Below are positions 39,301-60,779 of a stretch of 64,000 nt of DNA, in pieces. The DNA is taken from contig JAQGDQ010000584.1 in NCBI GenBank assembly GCA_030141605.1, positions 71,674 to 135,673 on the forward strand. Direction: 5' to 3'. The notes below the pieces were generated by a model. It did not search any database. It had not been told where the DNA came from and saw only the letters and a list, made by a program, of their open reading frames with translations. The number at the start of each line of letters is the position of its first letter. Position 1 is the first letter of the stretch. Origin of the DNA: Tubiluchus corallicola. Its lineage: Eukaryota; Animalia; Priapulida. The translations under genes were made by a program, and so were the position numbers.

Positions 39301-42300
39301 AATGTCTTCATATGCCCCTAGAACTGAAACACTTGTTGCAGAATTCCTAATTAGGTGTTAAACTCAGACAGCAATGCCTCTCAGATAAATTAACAACGAA
39401 TGTAATCAGGGACTTGCAATCTTAATGGAACAATTAGCAAATGATTTTTCTCGTAAACAGAAATTCTCAGTTCAAATCTGTGGCATCATTTTTTGTGTCT
39501 TTTCTGAAATGCGAGAAGTTCTGCAAAATACACATTTAGAAAGGTGCTTTTGATACCTATAAAGAGACAGACTTGGTCCACAGATTCCTACCTAAGAGAA
39601 GAACAAGTGCTATAAGCTAATGTGATGAATGGTCAAAGCAGAGAGATGGAAGATCTTCACATTGATGGCCACTGTAATTCAATAATTTGACCAAAGCAGA
39701 GGTAGTGACAGATGGAGAATCTTCAAGATGATACAGCAGATCAAGCTATCCAAAATCAGTTTTCCCGTGCTTACCTATTTACATTTACTACTCAGGCTCG
39801 GTGATGCATAACTTCGATTGCGAATTGTAAAGATCACGACCACACAATCATTGTCCCACCCAGAATTAAAAATTCTAAGGAACACATGACAGCCATCCAT
39901 CAGAATGGATGCCGAACAAGGCTACGACCCCCACCCTAAATCGATCCGTCCAGCTATAACGCGATGACTCTACGTTACACATGCAATGCACTCGAGACAA
40001 AATCTACATGCGAAGTCACACTCGATACGACACAACATGCACGAACAATGAGCACAACAATGCAGCCTTACTTCTCTTACTTTTCTTGTTGTTGCCTCCA
40101 GCTGCGGGTGTTTGGAAAAAGCAAAACAAAACAAATTTCACCATCAGTTTACTAACAACTTACATTAGCAGCGAGCTAAATAAGTTGCTCGCACTTTAGA
40201 TGCGCACTCTAGATCTATTACATTTTACTCTAGTATTCAATGCTGATCCTTTAGCATTCATGCATTCATAACTTGGGTTTCTTAAATACTCACAAATTAG
40301 ATAAATACACTTAGCCTTTTAGATATTAGAAGCTGTATTTTTAAATGTACACTACATTATAACGGATATTTATGTAACAAAAAATGCAAGCTATCATACT
40401 TTACACATATTATACATTAAATTTCTAAATGATACCATAATAATATATGATGTCAGACATACTTTAGTCAGACGAACTTTGAAGGGTTAAGTTGTAACCC
40501 AAAACAAAACGTTGAAGTATTATGCCAGCCAAAAAATGCTATTTTTAGCACTAGCTCTGGCATTGCTTTATTTATTTATAATATCATATCATTACTTAAG
40601 AATGAAAAGCAATGATAACACCTCCTTGTTCTACATAAAAGAGTATCATACACTTTTCGAGTCATTTGAAAATTTTCGACATCAGTTTGATGTCCTGTAT
40701 AGATCTCAAAACAGACGGGGAATTTTAAATATATGTAGTACACGAATACAGCTTACCTGTGTGAACTCGCAGGTGGGTTTTGAACGTGCTCCGTTGATTG
40801 AACGACGCACCGCATGATGAACATTTGTACGGTCTGTCGTTCGTGTGAACACGTTTGTGAACTGTAAGCGTACCCGGCAGAGAGAAGGTGGCGCCACACT
40901 GGTCACACCTGTAGGGCTTCTCTATGTTATGTCCTTGCGAATGTCGAGCGAGCGCCGCCGTCGTCGTGAAGATTTCGTGGCAAACGTCGCACCTGGAGGA
41001 AACGATCGTGGTAACGAGTATGTTACTGATTATTTATTAACTCAACATGCAGGTCTCAGTGTGTCTCTGATTGGCTGCATTTACAAATTCATTCTTTTAA
41101 CCTACATGAAATCTGTTGTTACATTTTTTGTTACAGACAACAGATACTAAACTTCTCACATTGGACAGAAGAAAATCATTTTAATTACTCTAAATTTAAA
41201 TTTATGTTGTATTGTTATCATACTTTTTTGAGTTTTATATAGTGCTGCCACCTTCAGGTGTTCTTGTTAAAATTGTTAAATCTTTCTGTTTACTGTTTAA
41301 ATTTTCATTGGCTTCTACAGTCTTTAGGAATGCATAATCTCTAAACCTGTTTTCACACCTAAATGATTTCACCTGTAGTTTTGGTCACTTGGTTTTCTGC
41401 TTTTCAACATGACACTACTTCACTGTTTATGTAGGCATTTCAGAATAAAATCTTAAAACTAAATTTCAAGTTTTTTGGTTTCTTCAAATCACACATGAAA
41501 CCCGACATATGTATATGCATCCGATCTAAACTAAATTTATCACCCAAGGCAACGCCTTGCAAAAGATATCTTCTAAAGAAATTTTTGCCTAAGATTATAA
41601 TAGTACAGATATTAAGATCATAAATGTAATTATTCCTATAATCGTTTACTTATAGATGTGTTTGTGTGCAATTAATTTAATCTTTATGTTTAGCAATCAT
41701 ATTTTACTTTAGGTTATTTTAATTTCATGGATTTTATGTTTTCTATTTTTTATCTGGACTTTCTTGTCTGAAATAAAATTATAAACAATCAAATCACTCA
41801 ACGTGACGCAAATGTAGACACATTCACTAAGCATAAGCAAGCTACTGGTGGGACCTATTAATCGATTATAATTAATCGATTTCGGCTATTATTTTTGATC
41901 ATCGATTATTTTTGCAGGTGCCAATGCAGATTGATTGCATTATCAATGCCGCTTCCATTTATAATTTGGAAAAACCACAACAAGCCATCATTGCAGTGCT
42001 AAACCAAGCAATGTAAAAACCTTACGCAATGTTATCTAAACTTGTTTCAAACGAATTAAGTACCGTCAAAATGGCTGCTCCTAACCGTCATCACAGGAGT
42101 TTATATTTTTAAGTTAAGTTTTACACACAGAGTTACCGTTGATACAAGTTCTGTATGCAATGAGACAGTACGTAGGTGATACAAAATTGCAAGGTGAATT
42201 TTTCAAGTTCCAGCGATTGATGATGATCGTGAACAGGTCAGAGGTAAGAGTACCATACAACACATTGATGTACACTTTACAACGCCTCGCAGCCCATTCT

Positions 42301-45300
42301 ATTTTGACAGTAACAGCTTTAAAGTGTTTTTAAAGTTAGTTGGAACCTTACCTAGTTCAATTTTTTCTAGTTCCAAACAAGATCCTGCTAATAAATCAAT
42401 TTACGCACAGACCAATGCATAACTAAGTAAACTCCAAGTAAAAGAACTGAAGTTACTGAACTGGCATGGCAGACAGCTTTGCTTTACCCACATGTCACTT
42501 GATGGTTGTACTTACACAACGAAAGCGTGAAAAGACTTAATAGCAAAAACAAATATATCGCTCACTTTAACGACTCGATCTGTAAACTCTTCGACATAGG
42601 TGATGCCGGACTGTCTATCCCGGAGCTGTCCAGACCCGGACTTGCCGATTTTTCCGGACTAGAACTTGTTATCACTCCCGCTTCCCTCAGTTCCGTCTGA
42701 AAACATCAGTTACGTTAAGGAATCAAAGTAATTCGTGAGATATAGTTTTAATCAAAATAATTCATTAGTTATCAAACCAAAGTAATTCACGAGTTACGAA
42801 AGCAAAGTAATTCATGAACTTTCAATGTTTGCTGTTTAGCTTTCTGAAAATTCTAGTTACATGAGTTTTGGTCACTTTAGGACCTATAAACAAATGTATT
42901 TTTTATTTGAGTTTTTGAGAGGTGGCAGAAGCCTGTAGCTATTTGTTGTGCACCTAACTGCATTTTTTTTCACTAAATGATGATATGAGCCATATTATTT
43001 TCTCTCTTGCACCCAAAACCTCTGTTTTCTTTCCGTTTAAGAGTGCAATAATAAGTCAATGCTGCAAATGTAATTATCACTGTTAAATTTCGACAGAGAC
43101 ATGGTTTCCAAAAAACTATTGCTTGCAATTTTCACGAATAGCGACCAAAAATGGCGGAAAGAGATTTGTTAATACACGTAGCATTTACATCCACGTGAAA
43201 GCAGTCAGTACACATTACGCATTACGATGAATCACAGATCATGCATTACGCGCACATGGAGTTGTAGATTCACACACAAGCCGACACTCACTTCTCTACT
43301 CATTGCGAGAAATGTCAAGAGTAACTGCCGAATCATTCAGACTAGACAGTAACTCACACTAAATCAAACTGTCGGAGAGTTTGCAATAACTTGCCGACAG
43401 TAACTCGCTAAGCAGTTCACACTCGTGAGTTTGCTGTTAGACAGAAAACTTCTAGTCTAATTTGAAAGTAATGCGGCTAGAATGGTCGACAACTGCACAG
43501 TTTTAGATCATGGAAGACACACAGCTTTCAGCAATTAGTGTTCTCCCAATCCTGTCCAGCAATTTTTTTCAGAATTATCCCGAAACATCAGCCACAAAAA
43601 AATCTCGGGAGAATATAGAAAGCAAATTTAAAGCTACATGATCTTAAAGCAAAAGCCAAGTCTCTCGGGCAGTTGAGCTTATTCTAATATTTGAGAAAAA
43701 TGTTAGAAAGTTTCAGCAATGAAATTGTGATAAGCACCTCGTGTAATTGAAAGAGTTCAATTTAAAATTGTGATCACTCATTTTGGTGCAAAAATGCCAT
43801 CATCTGGTTACCGTGCAATATAAACAGTTATTCTGCCAGGTGCTTCAGCAAACTTTTTTTGACTTATAGAGCGAACTCTATAAACTAAGTAACCCACCCG
43901 GTACCTACTGTATGCTTGCAAGGTTACAAGGAAACACAGTTAAATACAACGCTAGAATAACTGAACTTCTGAGTGAACTGTAGAAATTTCTCAATGCGTA
44001 CCTTAATCACACCTTGCCTTCACAGAATTCACGCTGAGTAGCAGACACCAGCTTACGTCATTTTTTCAAATATGCAGGCAGCGACGTTCGTTTGGCGGGA
44101 GACAAAAAATATTCAAATTTCTTTTACATTTTTAAGCAAAGCATTCTATGCGCATATCTTGAGTGGCGATTTCAAGTATTGTTCAAGGGTTGGTTCTTGT
44201 TTTAATAATTTCAGGTTAATCCTTACTATGCTTATCTATGGCCTTTTTAATAACCATAAAATTCAAGATTAACCTATCTAGCTGGGACGTTAAACTTCTG
44301 ATGCTCTCACAACACTCCGTTGACTTGCTAGACTAGTTGTACATGCCAAAAAGCTCTTTCAAAAACTCTTAATAAAAATGAGGTGGTACGTTTTTCTTTG
44401 TAATCTGCATCCTACACTTTAAAAGTTTTGATAACTACACATCCATTCCTGGTACGTGAGCGTCATTCCTTGCTAGGTATAGCAAGCCTAGTGAGAAGCA
44501 AACATTATAAAAATTGTTTCCCGACTTCATACAATTGCTTGCCAACCTTCTTAGTACAGTAAACTTCATGTAACTCAAAATTGCATGACTCAAATTTTCG
44601 CCTGACTCAAAAAAAGAATTTCAGCAGAACGGTTGAAATTCTTCGTTTTTCCCATGAAAAAAATCGCTCAACTCAAAACATATAACTCATAATTTCGCCT
44701 AGCTCAAATAAAAAATTATGATCCAAATACATGTAATTTACTTTGCCTAACTCAAAAATGTAATTTATACTCTAGGTCCACTGTCATATTGTTTAGCAGT
44801 GTTGTGTACGTGTCGTTTTGAAACATTAAAAAATCGTGTCTCACCACACAGTTTGTTATTCTTTATCAAATTTTCATCAAATCTCGTCATTTACATATAG
44901 AAGGATTGACTTTCTCGCCTTCTATTTATCTCTTCACCTGGAGGAGGGATTTACAGTTTCTATGCTGGGAAATTGTCAACATGGGCAAACTCAAAGTTTT
45001 GTTCGTTTCAGTTGGATTTGAGCTATGCGGAATTTACTATAGTCAGTCTTACCTCGGTGTGTGTTCTTGTGTGTATTTTCAACGTTCTCATTTCAGCAAA
45101 TTCAGCATCGCAAACCCTGCAGCTGTACAACTGCCGATGTGATTCTTCCTTACCCATCTGCAAGAAAAGACGAAGCCAGTTTGAAAATCTGGCTAAAGTC
45201 AGGCCCCGTCACAAAAAATTGCTTCTGTCTTCCTCGTGAGTTCAAGAGATGTTAGTAGGGAGGATGGAATTTTTTTTTTCAAAATTTAAAAGCTTTGTTA

Positions 45301-46438
45301 ATGTTTACAGGAAAATTTTTTTTTCAAATTTTTTTTAAAAGCTTTGTTAATGTTAAAGCAAAATCGGTTGAATCGAAGAATATTTAAAATCAGTTGAATC
45401 CAAGTTTGTTTATTTTCCACTGGTCAGCAGCAAATGCACATTTTTTCATGCTTTATTTTTCAGTTTTTGGTTTCACATTACTAAATTATCGTATAGCCTC
45501 CTTGTTTGTATCATGAACTTGTGTATGTTCTGATAATTAGGGTATAAGCGGCAACACTACTCAGCTATTAATACACCAATTTGGCAAAAACATGATACTG
45601 TTAAGCCTCAAATACTATAATCAGCATCAAACAAGATGGCAATCCTGGCCGAGAGCTAGCCGAAGAAAAACGTGGCTGCGTCCTTGCCGAAACTTGGCTG
45701 TTATAATAATTCTTAAACGCGTTTTACTTTTAAATAGATTAAATAATAATTACCTCAGACATTTGAATTTTGTTAACCTTACAAAGCTATGCGATGGCGC
45801 CTTTTTGTCGCACACGCATGGCCGACAAACAAGCACAGTACCCTGATAAGCATGACCATGAACTGTAGTGTTTGTCTGAGTGACACAGAGTTCATTTTTG
45901 TCACATCGCATCAGTGTCTTATAGCAAACTTCACTTACGCAAACATGCCTGATGCGTAGGGAAGATGCCTACCATTGCGCAAACTATGGTTAGTTTGTGA
46001 TGTAAGTGATAACTGTATTAGATTGCCACAAATTAACTTTCCAAGGTAATTATTCGAATACTAGAAACAACTGCTGACTTTAATAGAGAAGAAAATGCAT
46101 GTTTTAGACAGCAAATTAAAATGAGATTGAGTCTAATCAATCGCCCAATTTTCCTGATGAAGAAAATGCATGTTTTGGACAGCAAATTAAAACGAGATTG
46201 AGTCTAAACAATCGCCCAGTTTTCCTAACTTTATTTTCCCACATTTTCTTTTAGCTTGATGAATCTTCCTTCCCAAGTAAAAAAATCTGCACTAAGGTTC
46301 AGCACATTTAGTTAGCAAGGAAGCATCAGACTTTACCTCATCTTCCAGCTCGCTCATTCTGCCCCCTGCGGGCATATCTGACATTAGCGCATATGAACTA
46401 CCATTGCTGTTTGACTGTGATGAAGAATACTCATCCAT
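26878..46438 (-). CDS. Multi-C2H2 zinc-finger protein (~493 aa) with C-terminal Tudor/SH3-like barrel and acidic tail
   Basis: Exons 46337-46438, 42566-42696, 40757-40992, 36575-36728, 35300-35476, 29157-29341 and 26878-27374 have GT/AG boundaries and sum to 1482 nt in frame. Six C2H2 fingers with TGERPY-type linkers plus one degenerate finger. Confidence 0.8.
28386..28897. mobile_element. pogo/Tigger-like MITE
   Basis: TA-cagtcatacctc ... gaggtatgactg-TA; similar ends at ~11217-11410 and ~22831-23200. Confidence 0.78.
29157..29341 (-). CDS. ZnF gene C exon, Tudor/SH3-like barrel ([49 protein letters not shown])
   Basis: tttgtacag acceptor in phase 2 (fits the previous exon), gtaata donor in phase 1. 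Confidence 0.75.
29539..31034. repeat. Minisatellite, 71/72-bp unit, ~21 copies, intronic
   Basis: tatggcaatgagactgacgatgcaaggcaaactttcactcagttgaaaggcctaggaaatgctctatagta repeated. Confidence 0.97.
31845..32040. repeat. Degenerate ~57-bp tandem repeat, ~3.5 copies
   Basis: ggccaccattttggacatgcatttatattttgcccgaagtca repeated. Confidence 0.75.
32964..33423. mobile_element. Tc1/mariner-like MITE (same family as 14186-14617)
   Basis: TA-cactcatatctc ... gagatatgagtg-TA. Confidence 0.8.
34470..35272. repeat. Composite minisatellite: 31-bp monomers grading into ~62-bp dimers
   Basis: aaaaatatggcccactattctgtatgcaatg units, then aaaaatgagaccatttttctttaccctgtc-aaaaatacagcctgtgttcctttatgcagtg units. 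Confidence 0.9.
35300..35476 (-). CDS. ZnF gene C exon, finger 6 and degenerate finger 7
   Basis: tgctttcag acceptor, gtaagt donor; CHVC..HLKVH. Confidence 0.88.
36575..36728 (-). CDS. ZnF gene C exon, fingers 4-5 ([10 protein letters not shown]...[12 protein letters not shown])
   Basis: gcattccag acceptor, gtgagt donor. Confidence 0.93.
37349..38327. mobile_element. pogo/Tigger-like non-autonomous element (~980 bp)
   Basis: TA-cagtaggcgcc ... ggcgcctcctg-TA; subterminal sequence shared with the 14186/32964 family. Confidence 0.65.
40757..40992 (-). CDS. ZnF gene C exon, fingers 1-3 (CDVC/CDQC/CSSC)
   Basis: ttcctccag acceptor, gtaagc donor; EKPYRC and DRPYKC linkers. Confidence 0.92.
42566..42696 (-). 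CDS. ZnF gene C exon, Ser/Pro-rich
   Basis: gttttcag acceptor, gtgagc donor, phase 0 to 2. Confidence 0.78.
46337..46438 (-). CDS. ZnF gene C first coding exon ([34 protein letters not shown])
   Basis: Acceptor at 46480, gtaaag donor, phase 0. Confidence 0.65.
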
Positions 46439-47386
46439 GTCAATTCCGTTCCACGCTGTTGGTTATCCAATGTCCATGCACTAAACTAAATGAATAAAAC
46501 AGATTTTATTAAGTGTCTGATGAATGGAACAGCACATCAAGTTAAAAGAAAGGCCAAGCCTTCTGGGAAGTTAGGCTTATTTCAATGTTCGCAAAAAATG
46601 TTAGAAAGATTTAGTGATAAAAGTATGATCAGTGCCTCGTGTAATTAGTATAATGATTAAAATCATTTTAAAGTCATGATCATTTCACACTTGGACGCAC
46701 CCATTTTGAACGCCCATTTTTCTACCACCAATGACGTCATTTAAATCAAATAAATTTATTTCAACACAAAACTGTGCATGCAGGCATGGAAAATATTTAA
46801 AGCAGACATGTATGTAAATCACAAAAACAGTGCCAGACTAAATTTTATTACGTTTTGTGCCAGACGTACGTTTTGTTACACCATCTACGACTCTTTTATG
46901 CATGGATATTAAATAACAATAAATTGTTGCTTCAGATAAACATTTTTGTTGCTTGTCTATGTAAACATTTCTGTTGTTTATCTATGTAAACATTTTTATT
47001 GTTTATCTATGTAACAGACAGTACAGCGCTCAAAATATTGTGAAATGGAACATCTATACCCATGTCAAAACATTGATATTTACAAGGGATTTTTACTGGT
47101 TTACGAAGCAAAAATGAAGCCGTTAAGATGTAAGGTATGAAAACTCGACACAACGCACGTCTAAAATAAAACACCGCAAACAAAACAACCAAAAAGGTCA
47201 AATCCTGACGCTGTTAGATTTCAGCGAAATTCCTAAAATTCAACACGGCAATTACGCATCATTTTAAGCAGCAAATACGAAGGTAAAACAAACCAAAGTA
47301 CATCAATTCGTTACTAGCAAATGAACAATAATGCAAGACACTTAATAATACCATTCATGAATTACAATATTTATTATTTTACTTAC

Positions 47387-47530
47387 ATACGGACGAAGAA
47401 TACAAACTAGAAAATTATCTACTTCTTCCAGATAAAGTAATAAATATGGCCACGAAAAGTTGAAAACAGGCATATGCTTTGTTTTGCCACGCGGCCGTCA
47501 GGGGGCGAGCGGCCGTAGAAAATTTTCACG
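47387..47530 (-). promoter_or_regulatory. Putative non-coding first exon and GC-rich promoter of ZnF gene C
   Basis: gtaagt donor at 47386-47381; local GC-rich patch gccacgcggccgtcagggggcgagcggccg (CTCF-like core) in AT-rich surroundings. Confidence 0.4.
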
Positions 47531-49644
47531 ACTAGAGCCGTCATTTGGGTATTTTTCGAATAATAATTTAATGTAACAATATTAATTACACTCAGCTAAC
47601 GGTGTTTAAAAACTTGAAACCGCGACAAAATTTTAATAATATTAAATTGTTAATTTTGACGCTATAGCTCTATGGCATGTGTTCTATTACCTACCAATAG
47701 GTCACAGTAGCCGCTGTGCATTGCACAGTTCTATTTTAATAAAATTGAATGACCTATAATTATTATCCGTGTTTTCTTAGGCTCTTCTGGCCTACCTGTA
47801 TTACCAAAAGCACAATACAGATGCACTAAACTAAACTATATAAACTGAATCCAGATGACACAGGGGCCGCCTTAACAGCACATCGGCACCCGAGCAAAGC
47901 AGTGCACTGGGGGCCCTATGTACAAAACTGATCACTGGAATAAAATGTAAAATTGGTCGATAAAATGAAGCATATATTTATTGTGTTGGCACTCCAACAA
48001 AATCAGGCTTAAACCTTAAAATACATGCTGTACACCAAAGATTAATCAATACGTATGTTTGAATTATAATTATGAGCCTTGAAAAGTACAAAACTTTCAA
48101 CATGAATGATACTCAAATAGTAAATCATATAAACGCAAATGACGCAGTATAAAATTACTATGAATTACCTATTATTAATCAATTATTCAACACAAACATC
48201 TTTAAAACAATAACAAATATAGCATAGCATAGCAACTTTTAGCTGACAGCATAGAATGATTGAATCTGTTGAGAGCTTGAAGTATATTAGACTGCAGTTA
48301 GTATAGACTGTTTTAAACAGGTTCACTCTGGTGGTTCAAACAAAGAATATAAAGTTGTGTTGGACTTGAAAGACTTTATTTCTATTTACATACTGCCCTA
48401 TCATTGACAGGAAAGAAGACACATGGAGACCATTCAACAGCAATGCTGAAGAAGAAAAAACACAGCTGATCTTGGCAGAGCTACCCAAGTCACATGCAAA
48501 CAATGAGCTTACCTGATTGACTACCAAAACACACTAGCCGTCAACACTGCCTTATATTTGAAGTCCAGCAGGTCAGGGTGACTGAGCAGCACTGAGCAGC
48601 ACTGAGCAAGGCCACAACCTGAATCAAACTTTACTCAGTTCAATAATAAGTAATTTTAAATGTAGGTGGCGGCGCATGTTAAATTATTATTGTAGTAGTT
48701 TAAATTAAGAATCGCAAATGAAATGTGCGACACATAGTACAGTACAGTATTTTATTGATAGTAAGCTATAATATAACATTAGCTTGGCTCTTACGCTTGG
48801 GGGGTGGGGGTGGGGAGGGAAGCTGCACAGCGCGCCCATTCGTTAAGACGTACCTAGGTCAGGTCAGTTTAATGCAAGTTTACAGAATCGTATAGTTTCT
48901 ACCGTTAATATTGCGTTAAAGGGATTTTATGTATATAAGTTGACTGGATTGGTGCTTGCGTTAAGACAAACATCTGTCATAGAACAAGTTAAATTTTGTG
49001 TAATAAAACATTAAGCCTACTGAGTTGCAAACCTGCCAAACGTTGATTTAAAAATGAGTGTGAAAAGTAGAAAGCCCGGAGATCATCTCGCTCCTAGCTG
49101 GGATTTAAGGGATTATAGATATGCCAGAATATTTTTGGCTTTTTGTGTAACAATATCAAATTATTAAAAAATTAAGGAAAAAAATGGAAAAAGTTAAGCA
49201 CATTCTTGGCTACTACTAACTATATTGAGTTGCTTCCTTTTACTGTTATTGCAGTTCGCAATGGTTTATGTATTATAAAAAATTATACTTTAAATGTACA
49301 CAATAAAAAACACCGAGAATAGCACCCAAACGTGTTTAATTTTCAATGACTGCAGCACCCTTTGGTGTAATAGATAATTATAGTATAGATAATTATAGAT
49401 TATATTATAGATAATTATAATATACATCGTGAGACTAATGAACAATAATACGTTATAGAGAGAAGTACTACTAAGCGTGTTGTGGTTGATATTGATCGCA
49501 AAGAAAGCCAGGTGATTTGGAAACTTGCACGTGAAGTTGCGGAATGCGTGAGAAGAGAAATGTGGTGCATGTGAAAGACTTAAAATGCGTGTGACCCGTC
49601 ACTCATGTATAAAATTATCATGGTATTTCTTGTAACTTTTCAGG

Positions 49645-49665
49645 CCTATTATCATCATTATCATT

Positions 49666-49712
<47 letters not shown>

Positions 49713-49790
49713 TATCATCATCATCATCATCATCATCATCATCGTCGTCGTCGTCATCGTCATCGTCATCGTCATCATCACCATCACCAC
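49645..49790. repeat. (CAT)n/(CGT)n microsatellite
   Basis: Visible; explains the poly-His/poly-Met ORFs. Confidence 0.95.
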
Positions 49791-51836
49791 ATTTATAGGA
49801 CTATAATTACATTTGCACGATTATAACTTAATATTTACATTAATTCATAATCAATAATCGTATTAATTAAAATTCACAAATTCAAGCTGCAAAATCATTG
49901 GATCTACAGAACAGAAGTGACTTTCATTTCGCATGCATACTCGACCAAAAAATGCATTATTAGTGCATAACATACAACTGCAACTAGTGCAATTACACAC
50001 TTGCATCGCTCTTTAATACGCCCGTAGATGGCAGACAAAAAAATTGTTCAGGCCCTATGGCTCTATCACTATAGCAATAACAACTTCAGCAATACCCTCC
50101 CGACAATGTAGAAGCTACAGCAGGACAATGAACAAAACGACCAGCTACGTGTCACAAAAGCCATGGTAACATTGTTGTTACAGTTAAGCTGTGGCTTGCT
50201 GCGAATTTTTTTGCAAATTAATATCAATAGCGCACAAAGCGTTTATGTGCCGCATTTGCATATCATATTCCGGTTGGATATTTCATTAGCTATTATTTTG
50301 AAGATGTTGACTGTTTTTGTTTAATTAGGCAAATAATTTAACTGTTTGAGAAAAATCCGCCATTACCCCATGAAAAATGCTTCATTTACTGAACAAAACA
50401 GCATAAAACACTTAATAAATTTACTGAAAACACACAAAAGCCAAAAATGATTTTGACACAAAAATGTAATCATTACAAAGCTCAAGAACTTATCTTAATA
50501 GATCCCTTTACTACTATTTTTCTGCAAATATTCATTGTAGCAAAACTAACCAATATAGTGTAAAAGTGAAATTTCTCAATGGCCAGCAAGTTAATGAATT
50601 TTTAATTGCACAATTTGCGATCGCATGAGTTGTATAACAATAACGCACGATGTATACGTAGTAGTCCACAGCAACAAATAATAACAACAGTAATTGTAAA
50701 TAATGATCGTATATTTAAATCATCAGATATTTAATACATACAAGTTGCCGTTACCTTATACTCTAATATAACCAAGAACGGATTATGACCATTTGAGGCC
50801 AATTAGACTAAAGAAAATATGGGGCCCACAATAGGGGGCCGTTAATCTCAAATAAGGGCTCACAGACAAGGGCCACTTTTTTTAAATTGGTTTTTAAGAC
50901 TCCTTTTCTGCCTTTTTAAAAGCTGAAATTTTATTTTAAGTTAAATAAATTATTCAGCAATGCAAATATTAAAATACACTTATTTTTTTAAAAAAAATAT
51001 ATTTGAAAATCTTTTAGCGAGGCCCTTCAAATTTTGGGCTCCCGGCTGCAGCCTATTCTAACCTATGAGGTAATTCAACCCTGAAGGTAATTAAATCTAA
51101 CTTCTCTGCGTATCGCTAAAGACGCTATGCCCTGCACGAATAAAATGGATATTAGAAAGATTGTTGTTGTAGAGAGAAGATATGTACAAATCACCTTGCG
51201 GAAAATATTCAATTAGTGGATCTTTTCTTTACTTGTGTAACCAGGTCGTTGACTGAGGAAATGTGATTAAATATTCTGACAGGTACAACTGACGAACATC
51301 TATGAAAAAACGCACCGAGAATGAAAATTGAAACTCACTTCATGACTTCATGTCAGGCGAAGAGAAACGTCATGGGTTTAGTACAGTGCTGTTTTCATAA
51401 GCGTTTAGTGACAGATCACTTCTCTAGGAATCCAAGTGGGAGAAAATTAATGGCTTTTGTCTAAAACTTTCCCGTTCTTTGACAATGAATCTAAGACCAG
51501 GACTTCTGAACGCAGTACGTATTATATACTTCAGTAAAGAAATGATTTATTTATAGTACTGTATGCATACTACTGTATGAATATTTATCATCAGCATTTT
51601 ATATTTTATTACAGTAATTTTTTCTCCTTCTTCTCTTGCTCTAAACATCTATTGTAGACTTAGAGCCTCTATCATTTATTAGAGCACCCCATTGTTTCCT
51701 GTGTGCAGGTAAAATGTTCAGTTTCTGTGATGTTATTCTTAGGTTTTGTTTCAACTGTTGTAAATCTTTAATAATTCTTGATATCCAAGTTGTTTTTAGT
51801 GTTGCCTAGAGGTCGTTAATTTAATAATATAATAAG

Positions 51837-51840
<4 letters not shown>

Positions 51841-51915
<75 letters not shown>
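51841..51915. repeat. (TA)n microsatellite
   Basis: Visible. Confidence 0.97.
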
Positions 51916-51918
<3 letters not shown>

Positions 51919-53008
51919 TTATAATAATTTAATATCAGTATTATCAGTAGGGGTGAGCATCGAACGTTCGAATCACGTATTTAGTTCAAATCCTATTCAG
52001 ACGACCTAAAATTATAGATTCGAATAAACTACAGCACTTCAACTACTTACGTTCTTTACCATTAAAATGCTTGAAACGTCATGCAATCTGCACAATGCAG
52101 TTAAAATTTTTAACAAATTAATAGTGGTTTTACTGCAGAACAAAATCAAGCAATATGCATGATCTTTGTGAAGCCAATTTTTACCAATGGCTCGAAAATT
52201 TGTTCGAAAATCTTTCAAACTAAATTCGAATTCCATTGATATACACTGAAATTCGGTTCGATTTAAATTCGAAAGTCACAAATTCGATTTGATTCGAATT
52301 CGCTTTCTGGAATTTTCTATAACAACATTTTTACCCCAGCGGTAGTTTCAGGAAAGTTTCGACAAACGGCTGATTATAAAATTTTGACGAGACTGAAAGA
52401 AAAAACGAGTTTAAGCAAATAAATAATTAGCTCTTCTAAACTCTTCACTCAAGCATATTGAAATTTAGGACTTACTAAAGCAGGTGAAATATTATTTATC
52501 TAAAAACAAACTATTATTACAATGAATTAGCGTTCACCCTTTAAACTTTACAAAAACACAGTATATGTTCTGCCCCCCCCCCAGGTTTTGAACATTTTAA
52601 AAGTGTATTATGCGTACTTGCAATTATTCGCATCCAATCTACGCATGTTTACAATATAAACTGGCTAACGCATTTATTTTGGGAAACTTTGATTTATTTT
52701 ACGCGACTTGCTTCATAGAGTATTTTTAATTTAGTTTGATTTATTGCAATTAGTTTTGCAGACGTGTTACTTTTAGTGGTCTGGGTTACCAAATAAATAG
52801 TATGCAAGAATGCTTTGCTTCTTTACTTGCAAATTTAGGCAATTGTAGGCATCAACTAACTTCAAGCAAAACGTCATTCATCCTCAGTGAAGCTCTGTTG
52901 ACTGCCCAATCAGCGTGCGTTATTTTCTGCAAAGCCTACGCGTGGCTATTCTTTCAGGACATTAGCTGCAGTTTTGTGTTGCCGGTTTATGTTACACTGT
53001 TACGAAAA

Positions 53009-60727
<7,719 letters not shown>

Positions 60728-60779
60728 AATTCAAGGTCACATAGTCAATCTCTTTAGCTGAAAGGTCTGTCATTATTAA

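Noticed and set aside
49599-49826. Poly-His / poly-Met ORFs
   Set aside because: Translation of a (CAT)n microsatellite.
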